Part shown: positions 1 to 7,431 of the stretch, one piece after another | How positions within the stretch are numbered: the stretch's first letter is position 1 | Layout: each line of letters begins with the position of its first letter | Assembly (NCBI RefSeq): GCF_000023205.1 | Contig: NC_012803.1 | Location: forward strand, 810,001-842,000 | Reading direction: 5' to 3' | Length of the DNA: 32,000 nt | From: Micrococcus luteus NCTC 2665 | GTDB lineage: Bacteria > Actinomycetota > Actinomycetes > Actinomycetales > Micrococcaceae | Position numbers and translations under genes: made by a program | The notes under the pieces: model-generated | What the model was told of the DNA's origin: nothing | Databases searched by the model: none | The model's input: the letters and a program-made list of their open reading frames with translations, nothing else

Positions 1-1834
1 GGCGACGGAAACCGGGATAGTCGCTGACCCCGGCCTCTGCGAAGAGGGCCTCGCGGCGATGCAGCTCCGCCCGGATGGCGCTCAGCGCCCGCAACGAGGC
101 CGTTCCCACGTGGTTGGTCTCCAGGCTCATCGTGTGGGGGAGCGCGCCCAGCGGACCGAACGACGCGCCGCCCTTGAAGTCCAGCAGCAGGAACGCGACC
201 TCGGCCGGCGGGTGGTGCGCCGCAGCCCCCAGCAGGAGGGACAGCAGGAGATCCGACTTCCCGGATCCCGTGGTGCCCGCGATGAGCAGGTGCGGCCCGT
301 CGGCGGCCAGGTCCATCTCGACGACGCCCGTCTCGTCGCCGCTACGGGCGAGGGTCACGGTGAGCCCGTCGACGGCATCGCGGGCGCCCACCTGCCCCGG
401 TGGTGTGAGCGTGCCGTCGCCGTCGTCGGTGGGCAGCAGGCCGAGGTCCACGACGTCGTCGGCCAGCTCGGTCAGCCAGGCGACCAGGGTGCCGTCGGCG
501 AGGCCGTCGGCGGCCACGTCCTCGAAGCGCTGCTGTTCGGCCGGGACCACGACGGTGCGCCCGCGCAGGTCGACGACGGCGTCCCCCGGCGCAGGCGGCG
601 GCCCGGTGAAGTCGTACCGCGTCCAGGGCAGAACCGTCCGGCCCGTGGGCGTCGTCCCCGCGTCGTCGCCGATGGCGGCCCGCCACGCTCGCCACGCCGG
701 ATCCAGTGCCGCGTCCTCAGGAGCCGACACCAGCAGCCGCGGGCCGGACCCGCCCGACCACCAGGTGCGGCGGACTCCACCGGCCTCCACCACGAACGCG
801 CCGTCGGCGGCCACCGCGTGCCGCAGGAGCTGGAACACCGCCCACCGGCAGGCCCCGGCCACATCGCGCGGCGGCCCGAGCACGACGACGCGCGACTCCG
901 GCGGTGACGTCGTCATCACGGTGCGCCGCGACGTGACGGCCTCCACCCATGCCTCGTCCGGGTCGTCCCGCGACAGGGACAGCGCCCCGACGCCGGAACC
1001 CCACGAGACCGCCACGGCCTCGTCGGCCCCCGACGTCAGCCCGAAGCGGTCCGTCGCGCCGGAGCGGACGGCGCGGGCCACCGCACCGGGGCTCAGTGCC
1101 GCCTGAGCCCGCCGGCGCACGACCGCGTCCGCGCGGGCGGCGAGCAGCCGCGCATGCCGCAGCCGGGTACGGCGCTGCATCGCCAGCATGACCAGCGCCA
1201 CCGTCACGGACAGCACACCGAACAGCAGGAACACCGGGTTGCCCATCATCAGGACCAGGGCGACCCCGAGCACCAGCGGGCCCAGGGCCGCCACCAGCGG
1301 GATCACGACGGACTGCCGGGCCGGTGGGGATCCGAGGTCGACGGCGGGCGGCTCCGGCGTGACCGGCCGCGGCAGGGCGGCCCCGGGCCCGCGGACCAGG
1401 CCCAGGGCGGTCCGGCCCACAGGGAGCGGGCTGCGGCCGTCCCACAGGCGTCCGGTGTCCCGAGGACCGTCGTGGACGTGCAGCCCGGTGGGCGCGAGCC
1501 GCAGACGCATCGGCCGCGACGGGGCAGAGGGGTCGTCCAGCAGCAGCCGCGCCCCGCCGCGTCCCGTGCTCAACCCGCCCTCCCCCAGAGGGACGAGGCG
1601 GCCGGCGTCGGGTCCGTGCTCGGTGACCACCGCGAGCTCCGGCCCCCGGGCCGGTGCACTCCCGACCCGTTCCGCGTACGTCACGCTGCGCGGCCCGGCA
1701 GCGCACCGGTGCAGCGACCGGGCGGGAAAACGTTCCCGCACCGCCCGGTCCTGCTCGTCCGCGTCGGCGGGGAAGTGCTCCACCCGCCATGTCTCGGGAG
1801 CGGCCCCGCCCAGGATCCGCACGCTCCAGGCCAT
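1..1834 (-). CDS. FHA-like domain / two-TM / FtsK-SpoIIIE family ATPase (EssC/EccC-like architecture); C-terminus runs off the left window edge
   Basis: Not in the ORF track because it is open to the edge. Own minus-strand translation: ATG at 1834..1832 preceded by GGGAGGGAGG. N-terminus is MAWSVRILGGAAPETWRVEHF. FHA-like stretch LSTGRGGARLLLDDPSAPSRPMRLRL. Hydrophobic PLVAALGPLVLGVALVLMMGNPVFLLFGVLSVTVALVMLAM at about 1325..1178. Walker A is LLIAGTTGSGKSDLL (Lys codon 259..257), followed by LLLDFKGGASF as in FtsK/SpoIIIE. Spot-checked for in-frame stops and found none. Confidence 0.75.
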   Translation of the reverse strand, partial: MAWSVRILGGAAPETWRVEHFPADADEQDRAVRERFPARSLHRCAAGPRSVTYAERVGSAPARGPELAVVTEHGPDAGRLVPLGEGGLSTGRGGARLLLDDPSAPSRPMRLRLAPTGLHVHDGPRDTGRLWDGRSPLPVGRTALGLVRGPGAALPRPVTPEPPAVDLGSPPARQSVVIPLVAALGPLVLGVALVLMMGNPVFLLFGVLSVTVALVMLAMQRRTRLRHARLLAARADAVVRRRAQAALSPGAVARAVRSGATDRFGLTSGADEAVAVSWGSGVGALSLSRDDPDEAWVEAVTSRRTVMTTSPPESRVVVLGPPRDVAGACRWAVFQLLRHAVAADGAFVVEAGGVRRTWWSGGSGPRLLVSAPEDAALDPAWRAWRAAIGDDAGTTPTGRTVLPWTRYDFTGPPPAPGDAVVDLRGRTVVVPAEQQRFEDVAADGLADGTLVAWLTELADDVVDLGLLPTDDGDGTLTPPGQVGARDAVDGLTVTLARSGDETGVVEMDLAADGPHLLIAGTTGSGKSDLLLSLLLGAAAHHPPAEVAFLLLDFKGGASFGPLGALPHTMSLETNHVGTASLRALSAIRAELHRREALFAEAGVSDYPGFRR

Positions 1835-1921
1835 CCCCGCCCCTCCCTCCCGAGACCGGCGACCGGCCCGTCCGGCCGCCTGGGGACGACCCTGCCACGG
1901 CCTGATGGCGGTTCGGGCGGC

Positions 1922-1969
1922 CTGTGGACAACTCCCCGTCGAACGGGACCGCCGCCACGTTGTCCACAG
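1922..1969. promoter_or_regulatory. 11-bp perfect inverted repeat CTGTGGACAAC-N26-GTTGTCCACAG in the divergent FtsK-like/tadA control region
   Basis: Arms at 1922-1932 and 1959-1969 are exact reverse complements. They lie between the two divergent start codons (1834 and 2072). Function as an operator or RNA stem is not established. Confidence 0.3.
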
Positions 1970-2071
1970 TCATGGTGTCCTGGACCACACGCATCGACGG
2001 AACGGGGTATCTTCCTGATCGAGACATGTGCGGCGCTGGGGATGGCGCCGAATCGGGCACAGGAGGGACAC

Positions 2072-3298
2072 GTGGATGCGGTGCGCATTCTCGAGGACGA
2101 GATCCGGGAGATCGTCCGGCGGCAGGGCATCGACCCGCAGCGTGAGCACGCCCGGGTCCTGACGCTCATCCAGGACGCGGCCGCGGACTACGAGTCCCGC
2201 GCGATGGTCAGCTCGCTGCCGGACCTGGAGGATCCCGTGGCGGCGCGGCAGGACCTGTTCGACCGCATCGCGGGCCTCGGGCCGCTCCAGCGGCTCATGG
2301 ACGATCCCTCCGTGGAGGAGATCTGGCTGAACGCGCCGGACGCCGTCTACTGCGCGCGGTCCGGCCGCTCCGAGCTGACGGGCATCGTCCTGACCGAGGA
2401 GGAGGTGCAGGACCTCGTCGAAGTCATGTTGAAGTCCTCGGGCCGGCGGCTGGACCTGTCGATGCCGTTCGTCGACGCGGCCCTGCCAGACGGTTCGCGC
2501 CTGCACGTGGCCATCCCCGACATCACGCGGCGGCACTGGGCCGTGAACATCCGGAAGTTCATCGCCCGGGCGCGCCGGCTGGACGACCTCGTCCGGGGCG
2601 GTTCCCTCACTCCGACGGCGGCCCGCTTCCTGGACGCGGCCGTGGACGCGGGCATGAACATCCTCGTCAGCGGGGCCACCCAGGCGGGCAAGACCACCCT
2701 GCTCAACTGCCTGGCTTCGGCCATCGGCCCGCGGGAGCGGGTGATCACCGTGGAGGAGATCTTCGAGCTGCAGATCCCGGTGCGCGACGTCGTCGGGCTG
2801 CAGTGCCGCCAGCCGAACCTGGAGGGCCACGGCGAGATCCCGCTGCGTCGCCTCGTCAAGGAGGCGCTGCGGATGCGCCCGGACCGCCTGATCGTCGGCG
2901 AGGTGCGCGAGGCCGAGGCGCTGGACATGCTCGTCGCTCTGAACTCCGGCCTGGCCGGCATGTGCACGATCCACGCGAACTCGGCCGCGGACGCGCTCAC
3001 GAAGCTCTGCACGCTGCCGCTGCTGGCCGGGGAGAACATCTCCCGGGACTTCGTCGTCCCGACGGTGGCCACGTGCATCGACGTCGTCGTGCACTGCGAG
3101 CGCGACCGTCAGGGCCGCCGGCGGGTGCGGGAGATCCTCACCGTCGGCTCACGGGTGGAGGGCGGGGTCATCGAGACGTCGGCGCTCTTCCAGCGTGACG
3201 CCGAGGGCGACCTGCGCCTCAACGAGGGTGCGAACCTGGAGTTCGAGGCGCTCGCCCGTCGCGGCGTGGACGTCCACGAGCTGGTGGGGCTGCGCTGA
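2072..3298 (+). CDS. tadA: Tad/Flp pilus assembly ATPase (CpaF/TadA family)
   Basis: C-terminal part of ORF 1154..3298. GTG 2072 follows AGGAGGG (2061-2067); ATG 2042 is an alternative start. Walker A is VSGATQAGKTTLLN, Walker B region RPDRLIVGEVR, His box MCTIHANSA. The 5' 300 codons of the long ORF are Arg/Pro/Gly junk. Confidence 0.93.
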   Translation: MDAVRILEDEIREIVRRQGIDPQREHARVLTLIQDAAADYESRAMVSSLPDLEDPVAARQDLFDRIAGLGPLQRLMDDPSVEEIWLNAPDAVYCARSGRSELTGIVLTEEEVQDLVEVMLKSSGRRLDLSMPFVDAALPDGSRLHVAIPDITRRHWAVNIRKFIARARRLDDLVRGGSLTPTAARFLDAAVDAGMNILVSGATQAGKTTLLNCLASAIGPRERVITVEEIFELQIPVRDVVGLQCRQPNLEGHGEIPLRRLVKEALRMRPDRLIVGEVREAEALDMLVALNSGLAGMCTIHANSAADALTKLCTLPLLAGENISRDFVVPTVATCIDVVVHCERDRQGRRRVREILTVGSRVEGGVIETSALFQRDAEGDLRLNEGANLEFEALARRGVDVHELVGLR

Positions 3299-4155
3299 TG
3301 GCCGCGCTGCTGGGGCTCGCGCTCGGCTGCGGCCTGTTCCTGCTGTGGTGGTCCCTCTGGTCCCCTCCCACGGAGAAACCCGGGGCCGCCCGCCCCGACT
3401 CGCGCCTGCGTGTGCTGATCGCCCAGTCCGGCATCCAGCGTCTCAGCCCGGCCGGCGTCGTGTCCGCCATGGCCGTCGGCGGTCTCGTGGTCGGGCTGCT
3501 CGTCCTGTCGCTGACCAGTACGTGGACCATCGCCGCGTGCTTCGCCGTCTTCGGCGCGGCCGTGCCCTGGCTGCTGCTGTCCTGGCAGGCCCGCCGGCGC
3601 TCCACGGCACTGCGCGAGCTGTGGCCGGACGCGATCGACCACGCCCGGTCGGCCATCCGCGCGGGCCTGACTCTCCCGGAGGCGCTCATCCAGCTCGGGG
3701 AGACCGGGCCGGAGGGGCTGCGCGAGCCGTTCCAGCAGTTCGCCCGGGACTACCGGGCCGGAGCCCGCTTCGTGGACGCACTGGACCGGCTCAAGGCCCG
3801 GATGGCCGACCCCGTCGCGGACCGCCTGGTGGTCTCGCTGCGCCTGACCCGCGAGGTCGGGGGCGCCGACATCGGCCGTCTGCTGCAGACCCTCTCCGAG
3901 TTCCTCCGGCAGGACGCCCGCATCCGCGCCGAGCTCGAGGCCCGGCAGTCGTGGACCGTGAACGCGGCCCGGTTGGCGGTGTGCGCCCCGTGGCTCGTGC
4001 TCCTGCTGCTGGGGACCCAGCCCGCCGCGGTCGCGGCCTATCGGTCCGCCGCCGGCGGGGCCGTGCTCCTCGCCGGCATGGTGGCCTCCGTCGTCTGCTA
4101 CCGCGTCATGCTCCGCATCGGCGCGCTGCCCCGGGAGAAGCGGGTGTTCGCATGA
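3298..4155 (+). CDS. tadB: Type II secretion system F-family membrane protein (TadB-like)
   Basis: ORF 3298..4155. Its ATG overlaps the tadA stop (TGATG). Has an N-terminal TM, a cytoplasmic helical domain and C-terminal TMs. It sits directly after tadA. Confidence 0.85.
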   Translation: MAALLGLALGCGLFLLWWSLWSPPTEKPGAARPDSRLRVLIAQSGIQRLSPAGVVSAMAVGGLVVGLLVLSLTSTWTIAACFAVFGAAVPWLLLSWQARRRSTALRELWPDAIDHARSAIRAGLTLPEALIQLGETGPEGLREPFQQFARDYRAGARFVDALDRLKARMADPVADRLVVSLRLTREVGGADIGRLLQTLSEFLRQDARIRAELEARQSWTVNAARLAVCAPWLVLLLLGTQPAAVAAYRSAAGGAVLLAGMVASVVCYRVMLRIGALPREKRVFA

Positions 4156-5093
4156 CGTCCGCGCTGATCTGGGCTGCGCTCCTGGGCCTCACCCTCGGGG
4201 CGGGACTGCTCCTCATCCTGGTCACCCAGCCGGTGGGCTGGCGCCCCAGCCTCGAGCAACGGGTCGAACCGCAGCTGCGCCACCACATCCCGGCCTCCCG
4301 CCTCCTCGAGGAGGAACGTGCGGGCGCCTCGCCCTGGGGAACGTGGGGACGCATCCTCGATCCCGTGGTGCAGGCCGGAGTCGGCTGGGTCCAGCGCATC
4401 TCCCCGGGCGGGGCGGCGCTCGACCGCAAACTGGCCGCCGCGGGGCTCGCGGTCACGTCGACGGACTTCCGTGCCCAGCAGGTCCTGAGCGCGGCCGCGG
4501 GGGCCGCCGTGGCGGCCGTCCTCGCGCTCAGCCTCACCGTCACGGGCCGCGTGCCGGTGATCACGGGGGTCGCCCTCGTGATCGCCGGCGGCATGGCCGG
4601 GTTCCTGCTCCGGGAGCAGCTGCTCTCCCTGCGGGTGCGACGGCGGCGCGAGGCCATCCTCTCCGAGTTCCCGTCCGTGGCCGAGCTGTTCGCGCTCTCG
4701 GTGGGCGCGGGGGAGAGCGCCGCCGGAGCGCTCGAGCGCATCGCGGGGACGGCGCGCGGGGAGCTGGCCGGCGAGTTCCGCACCACGCTCGCCGACATGC
4801 GTGCCGGGGCGTCGCTGTCCGCGGCGCTCAAGGCCATGGGACGGCGCGTGCAGCTGGCCCCCGTCGAACGGTTCATCGGGGGCGTGCTCATCGCGCTCGA
4901 CCGCGGCACGCCCCTCGCCGACGTCCTGCGCGCGCAGGCCCAGGACGTGCGTGAGATGGGTCGCCGCGAGCTCATGGAGGCCGCCGGCCGGAAGGAGATC
5001 CAGATGATGGTCCCCCTCGTGTTCGGCATCCTCCCGCTCACGGTGATCTTCGCCGTCTTCCCCGGCATCTCCCTGATGCGCCTGGGGTTCTGA
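4152..5093 (+). CDS. tadC: Type II secretion system F-family membrane protein (TadC-like)
   Basis: In-frame ATG 4152 within ORF 3195..5093, overlapping the tadB stop (ATGA). Begins MTSALIWAALLGLTLGAGLLLILV and ends with TM MMVPLVFGILPLTVIFAVFPGISL. Confidence 0.85.
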   Translation: MTSALIWAALLGLTLGAGLLLILVTQPVGWRPSLEQRVEPQLRHHIPASRLLEEERAGASPWGTWGRILDPVVQAGVGWVQRISPGGAALDRKLAAAGLAVTSTDFRAQQVLSAAAGAAVAAVLALSLTVTGRVPVITGVALVIAGGMAGFLLREQLLSLRVRRRREAILSEFPSVAELFALSVGAGESAAGALERIAGTARGELAGEFRTTLADMRAGASLSAALKAMGRRVQLAPVERFIGGVLIALDRGTPLADVLRAQAQDVREMGRRELMEAAGRKEIQMMVPLVFGILPLTVIFAVFPGISLMRLGF

Positions 5094-5180
5094 AGACCCA
5101 CAACTGAATAGTCCATCCATCCACCCACGATCACCATCCACTCCGGCCGCACGGGCGGCCGGCCACCCGAGGAGGGGACC

Positions 5181-5387
5181 ATGCTCCACCACCACGCCAT
5201 CACCGTCCTGGCCGCCCTGCGCGCCCTCATCCACGACGACGTCCGCGACGAGCGCGGCGACGTCCCCGGCTGGGTGATGATCACCCTCATGTCCGCCGTG
5301 CTCGTGGCCGGCCTGCTGGCCCTCGCCCTGCCGGCGCTCCAGGGACTGTTCAACCAGGCCATCTCCCAGGTGTCCCAGGGCGGCTGA
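5181..5387 (+). CDS. Small Flp/DUF4244-like pilin candidate with an atypical processing region
   Basis: 68-aa ORF with AGGAGG 6 nt upstream. Leader ends DVRDERG, followed by the hydrophobic helix DVPGWVMITLMSAVLVAGLLALALPAL. Its position after tadC matches actinobacterial Tad loci. Confidence 0.6.
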   Translation: MLHHHAITVLAALRALIHDDVRDERGDVPGWVMITLMSAVLVAGLLALALPALQGLFNQAISQVSQGG

Positions 5388-5389
5388 GC

Positions 5390-5818
5390 ATGCCCCGGGG
5401 TGCTGTCCACGCCGTGCCGGTGCCCCGTGGCGTCCACATGGGCGTCCGCTGGCGGGACGACCGGGGCGCCGCGGTGGCCGAGTCCACCATGGTGATGACC
5501 CTGGTCGTCCTGCTCTTCGCGGCGCTGCTCCAGGCCGGCGTCGTGATCCACACGCGCAACGTGATGATCGACGCCGCCTCCGCCGGCGCCCGGTACGGGG
5601 CGCTCGCGGACCGGAGCCCCGAGGACGGCGTCCAGCGGGCTCGGGAGCTGCTCTCGGCCGGCGTGCCCGGCCAGTCCGGGGCCGACGTCGCCGCGGAGCT
5701 CACCAGCCAGGACGGGGTCCCGGTCCTGCGCGTCACGGTCTCGAGCTCGCTGCCCGGCCTGGGGTTCCTGCCGGGCCCGATCCCCGTGGAGGTGAGCGGT
5801 CATGCGTTCCGTCAATGA
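5390..5818 (+). CDS. TadE-like pseudopilin
   Basis: ORF 5390..5818; ATG 5438 is an alternative start. Motif WRDDRGAAVAESTMVMTLVVLLFAALL matches the TadE N-terminal signature (ERG-xx-VE followed by hydrophobic residues). Confidence 0.75.
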   Translation: MPRGAVHAVPVPRGVHMGVRWRDDRGAAVAESTMVMTLVVLLFAALLQAGVVIHTRNVMIDAASAGARYGALADRSPEDGVQRARELLSAGVPGQSGADVAAELTSQDGVPVLRVTVSSSLPGLGFLPGPIPVEVSGHAFRQ

Positions 5819-6230
5819 CGTCCGCGACGAGCGGGGAGCGGCCACGGTCGAATTCCTGGGCCTCACCCTCGTCCTGCTGATCCCCGTGGTGTACCTGATG
5901 ATCTACGTCTCCCAGGTCCAGGCCGCGGCGTTCGCCTCGGTCGCCGCCGCGGACCAGGCCGTCAAGGCCGTGGTCGCCGAGGCCGATCACCCCAGCGCAG
6001 GCGCCGCCCACGCCACCGTCGAGCTCACGCTCGCCGACTACGGCGTGGGCGCCGGCCAGTACAACCTGACCGTCGGCTGCGACCAGGGCGGCTGTGGCAC
6101 GCTCGAACCGGGCGAGGTCGTCGCCGTGCGGGTGGACGTGGGGGTGCCCGTCCCTCTCACGCCGGCAGCGTGGTCGCTGACCCCCGTGACGGTGGGTTCC
6201 GACGCCCGGCAGACTGTGCCGAGGTTCTGA
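5802..6230 (+). CDS. TadE-like pseudopilin
   Basis: ORF 5802..6230 overlaps the previous gene by 17 nt. Motif VRDERGAATVEFLGLTLVLLIPVVYL is a classic TadE N-terminus. Confidence 0.8.
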   Translation: MRSVNDVRDERGAATVEFLGLTLVLLIPVVYLMIYVSQVQAAAFASVAAADQAVKAVVAEADHPSAGAAHATVELTLADYGVGAGQYNLTVGCDQGGCGTLEPGEVVAVRVDVGVPVPLTPAAWSLTPVTVGSDARQTVPRF

Positions 6231-6688
6231 TGCGCCGCCGCCTCACCGCTCGCCTGGGTCACGACGACGGGCAGACCACCGTCCTCACCGTCGGCCTGTG
6301 CGCCGTGCTCGTGGCCCTCATGCTGGTCATGCTCGCGGTCACCACCGTGCAGTTGCAGCACCGCCGCCTGCAGTCGCTCGCGGACTCGGCCGCCATCGCC
6401 GGGGCAGAGGAGCTCGGCTTCCGGCTGGGGGAGGACCCGGGCGTCGTGCTCTCCGACGACGACGTCGCCGCCTCCGCCAGCGCACACCTCGCGGCCGTCG
6501 GTGCCCAGGAGGCCGTGCCCGGGCTCGGCGGGATGAGCGCCCGCGTGGCCGAGGACGGCACCACCGTCGTCGTCACCCTCGACGCCCGGGCCGATCTGTT
6601 CGCCATGACCGGCCCGTTCGCGGGAACACTGCCCCTGTCGGTCCCCCTGGAGGCGACGGGCAGCAGTCGCACTAGCCTGGCCCGGTGA
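6230..6688 (+). CDS. Rv3654c-type TadE/TadG-like pilus protein
   Basis: In-frame ATG 6230 of ORF 6170..6688, overlapping the previous stop (TGATG). Begins MRRRLTARLGHDDGQTTVLTVGLCAVLVALMLV, followed by LQSLADSAAIAGAEE, which resembles the AADxAALAGA motif of this family. Confidence 0.7.
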   Translation: MRRRLTARLGHDDGQTTVLTVGLCAVLVALMLVMLAVTTVQLQHRRLQSLADSAAIAGAEELGFRLGEDPGVVLSDDDVAASASAHLAAVGAQEAVPGLGGMSARVAEDGTTVVVTLDARADLFAMTGPFAGTLPLSVPLEATGSSRTSLAR

Positions 6689-7419
6689 TCCGCTTCCTCC
6701 ACGGCATCGGTGGCCGGCCCGCCCACTTCGAGCCCCTTGCTGACGCCCTCGGCGCCGTGGCCGACCTCGCCGCCTCGCCCGCCCTGCCCGGCCACCCGGG
6801 CACGGACGCCGGCGGTCAGGGCCGCCCCCGGGCCGCACGGCCGGCGACCGATGCGGACCCCGTCCTCGACGCCGCCCGCACCTGGGCGGCGCAGGCCGGC
6901 CCCGTGCCGGGGCTGCTGATCGGCCACAGCACGGGCGGGGTCATCGCACTGCGCGCCGTCGCCGACGGGCTGGTGCGGCCCCGCGCCCTCGTGGTCATCG
7001 ACTCGAACGTCCCGGTGACGGACACCGCCCTGGCCGCCCGGGCGGCCAAGGCCCGCCTCGCCGCCCGCTCGGACTGGCGGAGCATGCTCCGCGCCTCGCT
7101 CGCACGCGACCTCCTCGCCCCGGAGCCGTGGCGCGAGCGGATCCTGACCGACCTGGACGCCACGCCGGACCATCCGATGCGCGAGCTCTGGGCCGCCGTC
7201 CTCGCCGCGGACACCCGTGCCCTCTGGGCCGGCATCACCGTCCCGGTGCTGTACGTGCGCAGCACCCGGGACGTCCACCAGCGGGACCTGGACGCGGTCA
7301 TCGCGCACACCACCGTCGTCGACGTCGGCCTGGGCCACTGGCCGCACGTCGCGGAGCCCGAGGCCGTCGCCGGGGTGATCCGGCGCTGGCACACGACCGG
7401 CGTCCACCCCACGCGGTAG
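6685..7419 (+). CDS. Alpha/beta hydrolase fold protein
   Basis: ORF 6685..7419 with a GTG start overlapping the previous stop (GTGA). Has oxyanion FLHG, nucleophile elbow GHSTGG and C-terminal GLGHWPH. The N-terminus is very short, with only 3 residues before LHG. Confidence 0.8.
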   Translation: MIRFLHGIGGRPAHFEPLADALGAVADLAASPALPGHPGTDAGGQGRPRAARPATDADPVLDAARTWAAQAGPVPGLLIGHSTGGVIALRAVADGLVRPRALVVIDSNVPVTDTALAARAAKARLAARSDWRSMLRASLARDLLAPEPWRERILTDLDATPDHPMRELWAAVLAADTRALWAGITVPVLYVRSTRDVHQRDLDAVIAHTTVVDVGLGHWPHVAEPEAVAGVIRRWHTTGVHPTR

Positions 7420-7422
7420 GCT
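7417..7422 (+). promoter_or_regulatory. Candidate -10 element TAGGCT(GG), 9 nt upstream of the prfB ATG (near-leaderless)
   Basis: Fits TANNNT. It belongs to the recurring TA[GT][AG]CTG motif seen upstream of six genes in this window. No Shine-Dalgarno sequence lies between it and ATG 7432. Confidence 0.35.
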
Positions 7423-7431
7423 GGCCGAATC

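Noticed and set aside
1154-2071. Long N-terminal extensions of true genes in the ORF track: 1154..2071 on tadA, 3195..4151 on tadC, 24228..25652 on kgd, 24237..24413 on guaB1 and 31709..31960 on zur.
   Set aside because: The extensions are Arg/Pro-rich with no family similarity, and they overlap real genes on the other strand or in another frame. Internal starts with an SD or stop-start overlaps give proteins of the expected family length.
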